In this document: positions 53,801 through 61,954 of the stretch, one piece after another
Position numbering within the stretch: position 1 is the stretch's first letter
How the letters are laid out: the number at the start of each line of letters is the position of its first letter
Source: Candidatus Woesearchaeota archaeon
GTDB lineage: Archaea; Nanobdellota; Nanobdellia; Woesearchaeales; ARS49
Assembly: GCA_019322895.1 (NCBI GenBank)
Contig: JAHWHZ010000003.1
Coordinates: 114,492 to 178,491 of the forward strand
Direction of reading: 5' to 3'
Length of the DNA stretch: 64,000 nt
Notes under the pieces: model-generated
The model's input: only the letters and a program-made list of their open reading frames with translations
Told to the model about the DNA's origin: nothing
Databases searched by the model: none
Translations under genes and position numbers: made by a program

Positions 53801-56632
53801 TTAGCTAAAAATCTCACTTAAAAGGCGGTTGAGTTTAGCATCAATATCAAGCAAGACCCTGCTTTTCTCTGCCTCAGCCTCTCTCTTGTACCTTTCTGCT
53901 GTATCTCTTGGAGCACCTTCTGCCTTTTTTTGCAGTGCTTCATCAATATCTGCAAATCTTTTCTCTCTTGACAAATAAGCGTTCAAGTAATCATGGAACA
54001 GTTTTCTTTCGTATTGTACTGCATCAATCAAGGCATCTGGGGTATTGCAGTCCCTGCCCAATATATCTGTCATTTGAGTGAAAGGCGCATATTCTGAGGC
54101 ATGCTCTCTTAATTTCTTTGAGTCAACATATGCCCGCAAGCCAGGCAAAGTTTTTTCTTCTAGCGGCAGTTTGCCTGCAAGATTCTGTATCCTTGCCTTC
54201 AAATCTTTCATCGCAGCCCTTGTATTATCCATTGCAGTTATCTGCATTGTTTTAGATTCAACCCATTTATAGAATGCATCAAAAGTCTTTATTCCAGGCA
54301 TTACATTGTATTCCTTCACAAGCTGTCTTTTTCTTTTTTCCAGTTTTTCCTGATCTTTCAATATATCATATACTTCCATTACACGTTTTGTTGCCTGAAC
54401 CTTGCTTCTCAGCCCGTCTATTTTCTTTACAGTCTTTATTAAATCCTCTGCCTCATCAAGCCTCTCTGCAGTTTGCAGTATTCTTTCAGCTGTCCTTAGA
54501 TCTCGCTCTATCTGTCTTTTTGTGACACTCTCCCAGTCAGCGTACAATCTTTTTCTTATCTTTTCATCATTTTTCTTGGCAAGAGACTCGAGGCGCGCGT
54601 GGATTGTATCCAGCCTTTTGTAAGTTTTCTTGAATCTTGACATGAATTCTTCTTCTTTTTGCTCAGCATCTTCCTGCTCTGCAATGACTTTGACTGCCTG
54701 CTTGAATTTTGTGGCGCTTGTGTAGCCGTATTTTTCTGCAAGATTCAGTTTTTCTGCATCAACAAGGTCCTGGTTCTCTGCAAGTGCCTCGCGGCATGCA
54801 TCTACATATGTCTGAAGATATATCCTGTTGTGGCTGTCTAAAAGATCGCTGTCTGCAATCTCTTGGTCAGGATCTGCAGCTCTTTCAAGCAGTCTTTTTT
54901 TGTCTGGCGCATCAGCTTCTGCAAGGATTTTGCTCAAGGCATTTTTGTCAGAATATGCAAAGTCCCTTATCTTCAGGACTTCTTCCTGCAAAAGCCCGTC
55001 CATTCTGTCCAGCATGCATGGTGCCAGGAATCTTTCATTAACAACTGTTTCAACTGCATTCAATACCAGATAATATACTCCAATCAGGTTAAAGAATGCA
55101 TTCTTGTCCTGCAGGTTTTTGTCGCCGTGCATCATTGAATAGCCAAAAATGTCTATGCTCAATCCAGGATTGTCTTCTATGTATTTGTGCACGATTTTCC
55201 TGACAGCGTGATATCTTGAGTGCAGGTCTGCAACATGCTTTGGCATGATCTTTGACATTGTTTTTGGCATGGATTCCAGCTCAAGAAGGCGCGTAGCAAG
55301 CACTGCGTTCTCTTTTCTTAGTTCTTCGATTGATGCTGCATCTGCAACAGCTTCTTTTGCTTCTAATTCTCTCACTTTTTCCTGCAGTGTTGCAACTGTT
55401 TTGTCTGCAGTCTGCAGGTTTTTCTTCAATATATTTACGGTTCTTTCTGCGTGCAGGCTGAGAAGATTTTTTGAGTCCAGCAATTCTTCTTTTGATTTAT
55501 ATATTCCTTCTACTGCTTTTTGCATGCGCTGCATGCTTTCAATCATTATCTTGAGAGAATCAATAGGATTTTTGCTGCCAAGGTCTTCTGTTTTCAGGCC
55601 AAGCAGCGCGGATAATTCACTGTATTTTCTTTCTCCTTCTTCAATAATATTTCTTATCTGCTCTGCCTGCAGATTTTTTTGTGCTAGGACAGCATTCAGT
55701 CTTTCAGTGAAGCCGTGAACTTCTTTTTTTGCGAGCAGGTATGCTTCACGAAGTTCTTCAGGAGTCTGAGGAACATCGTCAAAGTGCTTTACTTCCTGGA
55801 TTCTTTCTGGCTCTGCTTTTTCTTCTGCTTTTCTAAGCACTCTTAATATATATTCTTTTGACAAATCAGTCTCTATGCTTAATTGCTCTGCTGCCTTGTC
55901 AAGCCCTCTTTCCAGCGTGTCTCTTTGTTTTGTCTGCACAAAAGAAATATTTTTTAATTCTCCTGCAAGCAGATTGTTTAGTGCCAGTGCTGTTCTGTAA
56001 TTAAGAATTTTAACTGCAAATTCGCCGTTGTCTGCTTCTATTACATAATCATCATTCTCGCTGAATTTCCCAAGAGCCGCCTTCACGACATTCTTGTGTC
56101 TGGAATGCATCACCCCATATCCTGATGCACCAAATATCTTGGGAAGAGTGTTGACAAAAAAATTAGTCTGCTTGTTTGCCTCTGCAATCAATACAGCTTC
56201 ATCTTCTTTTCTTTCCGCAAGAGCATCTTCTACTGTTGTTGTATCCTGCACAAGCGATGCTTTTTCTTTCTCTATCCTTTGGATAGTGCTGTCTCTCTGG
56301 CTTATCTCTGCATCTCTCCTGTTTAGTTCTTTTTGAAAATAATTAAAACCATCTTCAAGTGTCTTGATCGGCTTTCCAGTTAAAGCAAGAATCTGTGTCA
56401 AAAGACTCTTTTCCTGCTTTGCAAGCTTCCTGTATTTTTGCAAAGTATCTTCCTCATAAGTGCCTGCACGCCTTTCTTCTGTCATCCTGACAGCTTCTAC
56501 AGTAAATTCCTGTTCTCGTACCGCACTTTGCAGCAGCTCCTTTAAGCCAGGATCTATTTCCTGATTATCAAGATCTGTAAGTCTGACTACCTTTTTCCTA
56601 GCTTTAGAACTAATTTCTTTTTCTTCTGCCAT
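53801..56632 (-). CDS. 943-aa coiled-coil-rich protein of unknown function
   Basis: Long uninterrupted ORF with a Glu/Lys/Leu-rich heptad-like composition. No enzymatic motif recognised. Confidence 0.75.
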   Translation of the reverse strand: MAEEKEISSKARKKVVRLTDLDNQEIDPGLKELLQSAVREQEFTVEAVRMTEERRAGTYEEDTLQKYRKLAKQEKSLLTQILALTGKPIKTLEDGFNYFQKELNRRDAEISQRDSTIQRIEKEKASLVQDTTTVEDALAERKEDEAVLIAEANKQTNFFVNTLPKIFGASGYGVMHSRHKNVVKAALGKFSENDDYVIEADNGEFAVKILNYRTALALNNLLAGELKNISFVQTKQRDTLERGLDKAAEQLSIETDLSKEYILRVLRKAEEKAEPERIQEVKHFDDVPQTPEELREAYLLAKKEVHGFTERLNAVLAQKNLQAEQIRNIIEEGERKYSELSALLGLKTEDLGSKNPIDSLKIMIESMQRMQKAVEGIYKSKEELLDSKNLLSLHAERTVNILKKNLQTADKTVATLQEKVRELEAKEAVADAASIEELRKENAVLATRLLELESMPKTMSKIMPKHVADLHSRYHAVRKIVHKYIEDNPGLSIDIFGYSMMHGDKNLQDKNAFFNLIGVYYLVLNAVETVVNERFLAPCMLDRMDGLLQEEVLKIRDFAYSDKNALSKILAEADAPDKKRLLERAADPDQEIADSDLLDSHNRIYLQTYVDACREALAENQDLVDAEKLNLAEKYGYTSATKFKQAVKVIAEQEDAEQKEEEFMSRFKKTYKRLDTIHARLESLAKKNDEKIRKRLYADWESVTKRQIERDLRTAERILQTAERLDEAEDLIKTVKKIDGLRSKVQATKRVMEVYDILKDQEKLEKRKRQLVKEYNVMPGIKTFDAFYKWVESKTMQITAMDNTRAAMKDLKARIQNLAGKLPLEEKTLPGLRAYVDSKKLREHASEYAPFTQMTDILGRDCNTPDALIDAVQYERKLFHDYLNAYLSREKRFADIDEALQKKAEGAPRDTAERYKREAEAEKSRVLLDIDAKLNRLLSEIFS

Positions 56633-56759
56633 ATTTGCCTATATAATAGGGGGGGATTTATAAATCTTGCGGATTTAACCACTGCATAGTGAGTATTTAA
56701 CCAATAAAGCAGAACTTATAAATAGAACGGCCATTTTTTCTCTTATCGGTGGGAAAATA

Positions 56760-57911
56760 ATGAATATTTCAAATATCTTGATGATAGCATTCTTGATAAT
56801 CCTTAGTCTTACGATATTCATATTCAGGAAGAAATTCAAGTTCCACAGATTTGCAAAGATATTCTATTTTGGGATGTACAAGACAAAAGTGGGATTAAGG
56901 TTGATGGATAAGTGGGCAAATAAGTATCCGAGGATATTAAGAAGATTGTGCTATGCTGCGATTGCAGTCGGATTCATCGGCATGGTTATAGTTGTAGTTG
57001 ACTTGGCCAAATCACTTTATTCAATACTTGCAGGAACATCCACCTTGACAGTTGGACTGGTATTGCCTGTTGAAGCCAAAGGAATCTTTTATGTTCCTTT
57101 TATTTACTGGATTATTGCGGTTTTTGCAATTGTTGTTGTGCACGAGTTTGCGCACGGATTGATTGCAAGGCTGCACAAGATCCGCGTGAAAAGCTCTGGC
57201 GTTGCTTTCTTGGGAGCGATAATCCCTATCATTCCAGCTGCTTTTGTTGAGCCAGATGAAAAGCAGTTAAGAAAAGCTTCAAGATTCAAGCAGTTGAGTG
57301 TCTATGCAGCAGGGCCTTTTGCAAACATTATTTTCGGCTTTGCTTGTTTAGGAATATTTGCATTACTGCTTAATCCTCTTGCAGCCTCTGTATATAATTT
57401 AGAGGGTGTCAAGGTAAATGATTTCATGGGCGTTGACAGCCCTGCAGAGATAAGCGGCATGGCAGCAGGAGATGTGATCACACAAATCAATGACAATGAA
57501 ATAAAGAATACAGATGATTTCATTAATGCGATTGACAAGGCAAATCCAGGTGATGTTGCAGAGATACAGACAAAAGAAAAAACTTATGAAGTATTGTTAG
57601 AAGAAGATCCTGTTGAAAAAGATGCTTTCCTTGGAATCTGGGTGTCAACAGAAAAGTCAATGAAAAACAAGAACCCGTTCTCTTATCTTGTAATATGGCT
57701 GACTGACTTGTTTTACTGGTTATTCTTGCTAAACTTGGGAGTAGGATTGTTCAACCTGATTCCAGTCGGCCCGATTGACGGCGGAAGGATGCTCCAGACT
57801 GTTTTAGAAAAAGTGATGCACACTAAAAAAGCAACAAAAGTGTGGCATGCTGTTAGTTTTGTTGTGCTGGCGATAATTTTAAGTAATATAATTTATGCAT
57901 TTGTGGCATAA
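56760..57911 (+). CDS. site-2 protease (M50 family) with PDZ domain
   Basis: HEFAHGLIA (HExxH) within a TM helix, a PDZ-like GMAAGDVITQINDNEI segment, and C-terminal NLIPVGPIDGG. Confidence 0.9.
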   Translation: MNISNILMIAFLIILSLTIFIFRKKFKFHRFAKIFYFGMYKTKVGLRLMDKWANKYPRILRRLCYAAIAVGFIGMVIVVVDLAKSLYSILAGTSTLTVGLVLPVEAKGIFYVPFIYWIIAVFAIVVVHEFAHGLIARLHKIRVKSSGVAFLGAIIPIIPAAFVEPDEKQLRKASRFKQLSVYAAGPFANIIFGFACLGIFALLLNPLAASVYNLEGVKVNDFMGVDSPAEISGMAAGDVITQINDNEIKNTDDFINAIDKANPGDVAEIQTKEKTYEVLLEEDPVEKDAFLGIWVSTEKSMKNKNPFSYLVIWLTDLFYWLFLLNLGVGLFNLIPVGPIDGGRMLQTVLEKVMHTKKATKVWHAVSFVVLAIILSNIIYAFVA

Positions 57912-58040
57912 GCGCGATATTGTGAAGGCGAGAGAAGAGTTAAATCCATGTTTGCGTGAGCAAACATCATATCGATTGCTTCTGGAGCCTGAACAAAGAG
58001 CGCCCTTTGATCCTAACTTTTTTAAAGTTAGGCGATCATA
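57912..58040 (-). mobile_element. R-element copy 3 (core 57912-58003, hairpin 58012-58032), inverted relative to copies 1 and 2
   Basis: Begins at the base after the S2P stop codon. Flanked by 33-nt direct repeats at 57879-57911 and 58041-58073. Confidence 0.65.
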
Positions 58041-58073
58041 TTAAGTAATATAATATACGCATTTGTGGCTTAA
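58041..58073 (+). repeat. displaced copy of the last 33 nt of the S2P protease gene
   Basis: 30/33 identical to 57879-57911. All three differences are synonymous, and both copies read LSNIIYAFVA*. Confidence 0.85.
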
Positions 58074-58074
58074 A

Positions 58075-58398
58075 ATGACGGGAGATCCTCTTTATGAATT
58101 TTTGAAAACTGCATCAGCTGAACAGCTGGACTTGCTGGCAAATGTTGTAGAAGCGCTTGCAAGAGAGAGGCAATTATCTGAACAGATAACAAACATATCT
58201 GACAGAAATGATATCTCTGCTGTCTGCCACCGGACTATTTCTGAAGACCCAACATTGATTCCATCTGCTTTAAAGCTGGAGCGTAAAGAAACAAGAGCTG
58301 AAATAAAAGCCTATTTGCAAACAGCAATAAAACAGTTTGGCAATGTGGATTTTATTAGAAGCTGCTATCGAGATTATGTTGGAGATTTGCCTGAATAA
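58075..58398 (+). CDS. hypothetical protein (107 aa)
   Basis: The ATG at 58075 is preferred over the TTG in the track, which lies inside the duplicated segment. Confidence 0.5.
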   Translation: MTGDPLYEFLKTASAEQLDLLANVVEALARERQLSEQITNISDRNDISAVCHRTISEDPTLIPSALKLERKETRAEIKAYLQTAIKQFGNVDFIRSCYRDYVGDLPE

Positions 58399-58467
58399 TT
58401 CTTTCACAACATTTATATATATGTTATTTTCTATTCCCTAGTAACTCACTAGAGAAAGGTGGTTTAA

Positions 58468-58875
58468 ACGAAACTGTCAACAAAATCAGAGTATGCCTGC
58501 CTTGCACTGGTTGAACTGTCAAAACAATATAATAAAGGGCTTGTCAAGATAGAAGATATCTCAAAAAGACAGCATATACCGAGAAAATATCTTGAGCAGA
58601 TACTTTTGATACTTAAAAGAGCAGGATATCTTCGCAGTAAAAGGGGGGCAGAAGGGGGATACATGCTGGCAAAACCGCCAAAGAAGATTTCCCTTGCAGA
58701 AATTGTGAGATTAATGGATGGCGCATTGGCTCCAGTAGAATCTGTGAGCAAATATTTCTATGACAAGACGCCCATATCAAAGAACAAGCAGCTGATAAAG
58801 ACTTTCAAGGACATAAGAGATTTCATCGCAAACAAGATGGAGAAAACAACATTCGCAGATCTCATCAAAAAATAA
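58468..58875 (+). CDS. Rrf2-family transcriptional regulator (start codon unclear)
   Basis: From 58468 the frame reads TKLSTKSEYACLALVELSKQYNKGLVKIEDISKRQHIPRKYLEQILLILKRAGYLRSKRGAEGGYMLAKPP, a canonical Rrf2 wHTH. A stop lies at 58465-58467, and the first in-frame ATG is at 58606. Confidence 0.8.
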   Translation, partial: TKLSTKSEYACLALVELSKQYNKGLVKIEDISKRQHIPRKYLEQILLILKRAGYLRSKRGAEGGYMLAKPPKKISLAEIVRLMDGALAPVESVSKYFYDKTPISKNKQLIKTFKDIRDFIANKMEKTTFADLIKK

Positions 58876-58936
58876 TTTTTTTGTCATCATTTGTATAGTA
58901 AAACCATAGAGAAAGTATAAATTTAGAGGTGAAATA

Positions 58937-59803
58937 ATGGCAATATTTGAACTGGCGTTAGCTGCCGGCTTGTTAGTAACAATACTTGCATTTTTCGGGG
59001 AATTCATAGATTCAACACTTGGGATGGGTTATGGAACAACATTAACGCCTGTTTTGATGATATTTGGTTTTGAGCCGCTGCAGATAGTGCCGACAGTGCT
59101 TCTTTCTGAATTGATTACAGGATTATTGGCCGGGTTCACGCACCATTTTGTCGGCAATGTTGATTTCAGGCCAAGAACAATGAACCTGTCAAGGATATTT
59201 GCGGCTTTCAAAAAATATGGCATTAAAGAATCCTGGGAAAAAGGAGTGCCTCTTCCATTAAAAGTTGCACTTGTGCTGGCTTTATGCAGTATTGTGGGAA
59301 CAGTTGCAGCGGTTTTCATAGCAATCAGTCTTCCGAAATTGTATCTGAAGCTTTACATAGGAATGCTGGTGCTTGTTATCGGCATTGTGATACTTGCAAC
59401 CATGCATAAACAGTATGGCTTTTCCTGGAAAAAGATAACTGCGCTTGGCACAATAGCTGCATTCAACAAGGGAATGAGCGGAGGCGGCTACGGTCCTGTA
59501 GTTACAGGGGGACAGTTATTGTCAGGAGTGAATGGCAAGAATGCAATAGGAATAACTTCTCTTGCAGAAGGATTGACTTGTGTTGTTGGCGTTATTGTCT
59601 TTGTCATCACAGGAGCAGCAGCTGACTGGACTCTTGCGCCATACTTGATAATTGGAGCAGTGGCTTCAGTTCCCTTGTCTGCATTGTGCGTAAAAAAGAT
59701 GAACATAAATAATCTTAAAATAGTTATAGGAATAGCAACAGTTGCTCTGGGATTATTCACCTTAGGAAAAGTGCTTTGGCCCTTAATTCATTTTATTCTT
59801 TAA
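58937..59803 (+). CDS. TauE/SafE-family anion exporter
   Basis: 288 aa with about 8 TM helices. The IDSTLGMGYGT and FNKGMSGGGYGPV motifs are typical of the family. Confidence 0.7.
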   Translation: MAIFELALAAGLLVTILAFFGEFIDSTLGMGYGTTLTPVLMIFGFEPLQIVPTVLLSELITGLLAGFTHHFVGNVDFRPRTMNLSRIFAAFKKYGIKESWEKGVPLPLKVALVLALCSIVGTVAAVFIAISLPKLYLKLYIGMLVLVIGIVILATMHKQYGFSWKKITALGTIAAFNKGMSGGGYGPVVTGGQLLSGVNGKNAIGITSLAEGLTCVVGVIVFVITGAAADWTLAPYLIIGAVASVPLSALCVKKMNINNLKIVIGIATVALGLFTLGKVLWPLIHFIL

Positions 59804-60847
59804 TTTTCCCTTGCTGTCTGCAAAATAAACTTTTCTGACAGGCCAGGCAATCTCTATCTTTTCTTTGTCATATCTTTTCTTCAGTGCTTTCATAAACTCG
59901 TGCTTCACAAGATATTTGTCAACATAGTTCTCAATCCTTAAAATCACAGAGAAATTTATGTTTGAATCAGCAAACTCGTTATAACGAATAAAAGGCTTGA
60001 AATCCTTTACAGCTCCTTTTATTTTCTTCTGGATTTGTTTTGCGACATCAATCGTCACTTTCTCAACTTTCTCTAGATTAGATTCATAAGCTACGCCTAC
60101 AGGAATCACCAGGCCCATTTCCTGAATAGGCATTGAATTATTCACAAGAGTGCTTTCAGCAAGCTTTGCATTAGGCACAATAACAAAAGAATTTGACAGT
60201 GTTTTTATTCTTGTTGAGCGCCAGCCAATATCCTCAACATAACCAGAGAGGTCTGCATCAGTTAACTGGATAAAATCACCCACCTTGATTGGCTGGTCTG
60301 ATATGATGTGCAGTCCTGCAAAAAAATTAGATAAGGTATTCTGCAAAGCAAGGCCCACTGCAAGGCCGCCCACACCCAATGCAGTTATCAAGGGAGTTAT
60401 CTCTACATCAAAATAACTCAGAATGATTATAAATGCAAATAAGTAGACTATAACAATCACGACTTTGTTCAATAACTGCGGAGTCTTTTGATATCTTTTA
60501 TGGACCTGAAGCCACTTGCTGATTAAAGCGCTTAACAGGCCTGCAACAAACCATGCGACAAGCAGGGAGATGACGACAAAAAATGTGCCATGCACCCAGA
60601 CGGCGTATTTTGTCAGGTAAGAAAGGTATTTCAAGGAAAAATAGACGCCAAGAAATATTACAAACACTGCTATTGGCGCTGTTATTCTCCTTACCGCAAT
60701 GTCATCTAACTTGCTTTTTGTCTTTGCAGTAAGTTCAAGCAGGAATTTCTTCAATACAAAATGAATAAGATACGCAGCAATAAATGAGCCTAGAAGAATG
60801 CTGATTGCGCGGACATAAGGATCATACATCCATATTGGAAGTGCCAT
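59783..60847 (-). CDS. small-conductance mechanosensitive channel (MscS family)
   Basis: TM3-like GVGGLAVGLALQNTLSNFFAGLHIISDQPIKVGDFI followed by a beta domain. Confidence 0.85.
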   Translation of the reverse strand: MALPIWMYDPYVRAISILLGSFIAAYLIHFVLKKFLLELTAKTKSKLDDIAVRRITAPIAVFVIFLGVYFSLKYLSYLTKYAVWVHGTFFVVISLLVAWFVAGLLSALISKWLQVHKRYQKTPQLLNKVVIVIVYLFAFIIILSYFDVEITPLITALGVGGLAVGLALQNTLSNFFAGLHIISDQPIKVGDFIQLTDADLSGYVEDIGWRSTRIKTLSNSFVIVPNAKLAESTLVNNSMPIQEMGLVIPVGVAYESNLEKVEKVTIDVAKQIQKKIKGAVKDFKPFIRYNEFADSNINFSVILRIENYVDKYLVKHEFMKALKKRYDKEKIEIAWPVRKVYFADSKGKLKNKMN

Positions 60848-60924
60848 GCTTTCTTGCTTTACTAAGTAGTATAAAAATGTTGCGAATAGAAAAACATTTA
60901 TACTGAAACAAAAACATCAATAAA

Positions 60925-61152
60925 ATGAACAAGGCAAAACTAAATTATCTTGTTGACATTGGACTGGCAGTCTCTTTTTGTATTGTAGTCGTAACAGGCA
61001 TATTGAAACTTCCTGCATTAGGGAAAAGAACAAGAGAGTATATGCTTCTCCATGACTGGGCAGGCATTGCCTTGGCAGTTTTTGTCTTATTGCATCTGAT
61101 TCTGCACTGGAACTGGATAGTATACATGACAAAAAGTTTTTTCAAGAAATAA
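60925..61152 (+). CDS. small two-TM protein, DUF4405-like
   Basis: YLVDIGLAVSF...HDWAGIALAVFVLLHLILHWNW. Family assignment is from memory only. Confidence 0.4.
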   Translation: MNKAKLNYLVDIGLAVSFCIVVVTGILKLPALGKRTREYMLLHDWAGIALAVFVLLHLILHWNWIVYMTKSFFKK

Positions 61153-61220
61153 TCTGCAAAACTTCTTTTAGATTTTAATTAAAATAATTTAAAGTTCAAA
61201 ACAACGAATGTAGCAATAAA

Positions 61221-61520
61221 TACAATTTATGTAACATTACTTTTTTTCTAGATTACAATTTATGTGAAAACAAAAAACTTTACATGTAAATTTTTCTGAA
61301 ATCCTTTGTACAACTTATGTAGGACAACAAAAATATATAAATACTCTCCATGTAATTGCTTTTTGTGAGGTTTGAGGGAATATTAAGAAATGTACCTACA
61401 ATCTATAACTTGGAATAAGCTGTTTTGCAGAAAAACAAAGTGCCACATACAGAGTACAATATTCCCTACATACAAAGTAAAAAGTACTACATAGAAAGTA
61501 CAAGTACTACATGCGAAGTA
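61221..61520 (+). promoter_or_regulatory. dense array of two palindromic motif classes upstream of the 61535 gene
   Basis: TACAAnTTATGTA-type sites at 61221, 61254, 61279 (TTTACATGTAAA) and 61309. Four (GTA)CTACAT-NNN-AAGTA sites with their CAT at 61446, 61469, 61490 and 61510 (spacing 23/21/20 nt). Confidence 0.6.
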
Positions 61521-61534
61521 TAGGGGTTTGAGTT

Positions 61535-61954
61535 TTGGAAAAGAGGGATGGTCAAAAAAAGAGAGATTTAGCTAGTTCTATCCAGGTTCCAGTAGAGATA
61601 TTCAGCATCGAACTAAGCCCTGCAGAAGCAGTAGTCAAATACCTCAAGGATTATGAAAAGCTAACTTACAGCCAGATAGGCAAGGTGCTCAACAGGGACC
61701 AGAGAGGAATCTGGGGAGCATACCGCAGAGCATTGCAAAAACAAGTCAGCAGCTTCCAAGTAAGCCCGTCACAACTTCTCATTCCAGTCAAGATCTTTCA
61801 GGACAGGACATATCCAATTCTCGAAAAACTTGTCCTGTATCTCAAAGAAAAACAAAACATTCCAGTTGCGCAGATAGCAGAAATGCTTGACAAGAGCAAA
61901 AGCACAATCTGGACAGTATATAACAGAGCAAGGAGGAAGAGCAATGAAGAATAA
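61535..61954 (+). CDS. DNA-binding protein with two tandem HTH repeats
   Basis: TTG start. The repeats are LSPAEAVVKYLKDYEKLTYSQIGKVLNRDQRGIWGAYRRALQK and YPILEKLVLYLKEKQNIPVAQIAEMLDKSKSTIWTVYNRARRK. Confidence 0.6.
   Translation: MEKRDGQKKRDLASSIQVPVEIFSIELSPAEAVVKYLKDYEKLTYSQIGKVLNRDQRGIWGAYRRALQKQVSSFQVSPSQLLIPVKIFQDRTYPILEKLVLYLKEKQNIPVAQIAEMLDKSKSTIWTVYNRARRKSNEE

Noticed and set aside
58464-58751. 95-aa minus-strand ORF
   Set aside because: It is antisense to the Rrf2 regulator, whose wHTH is unmistakable in the plus-strand frame.
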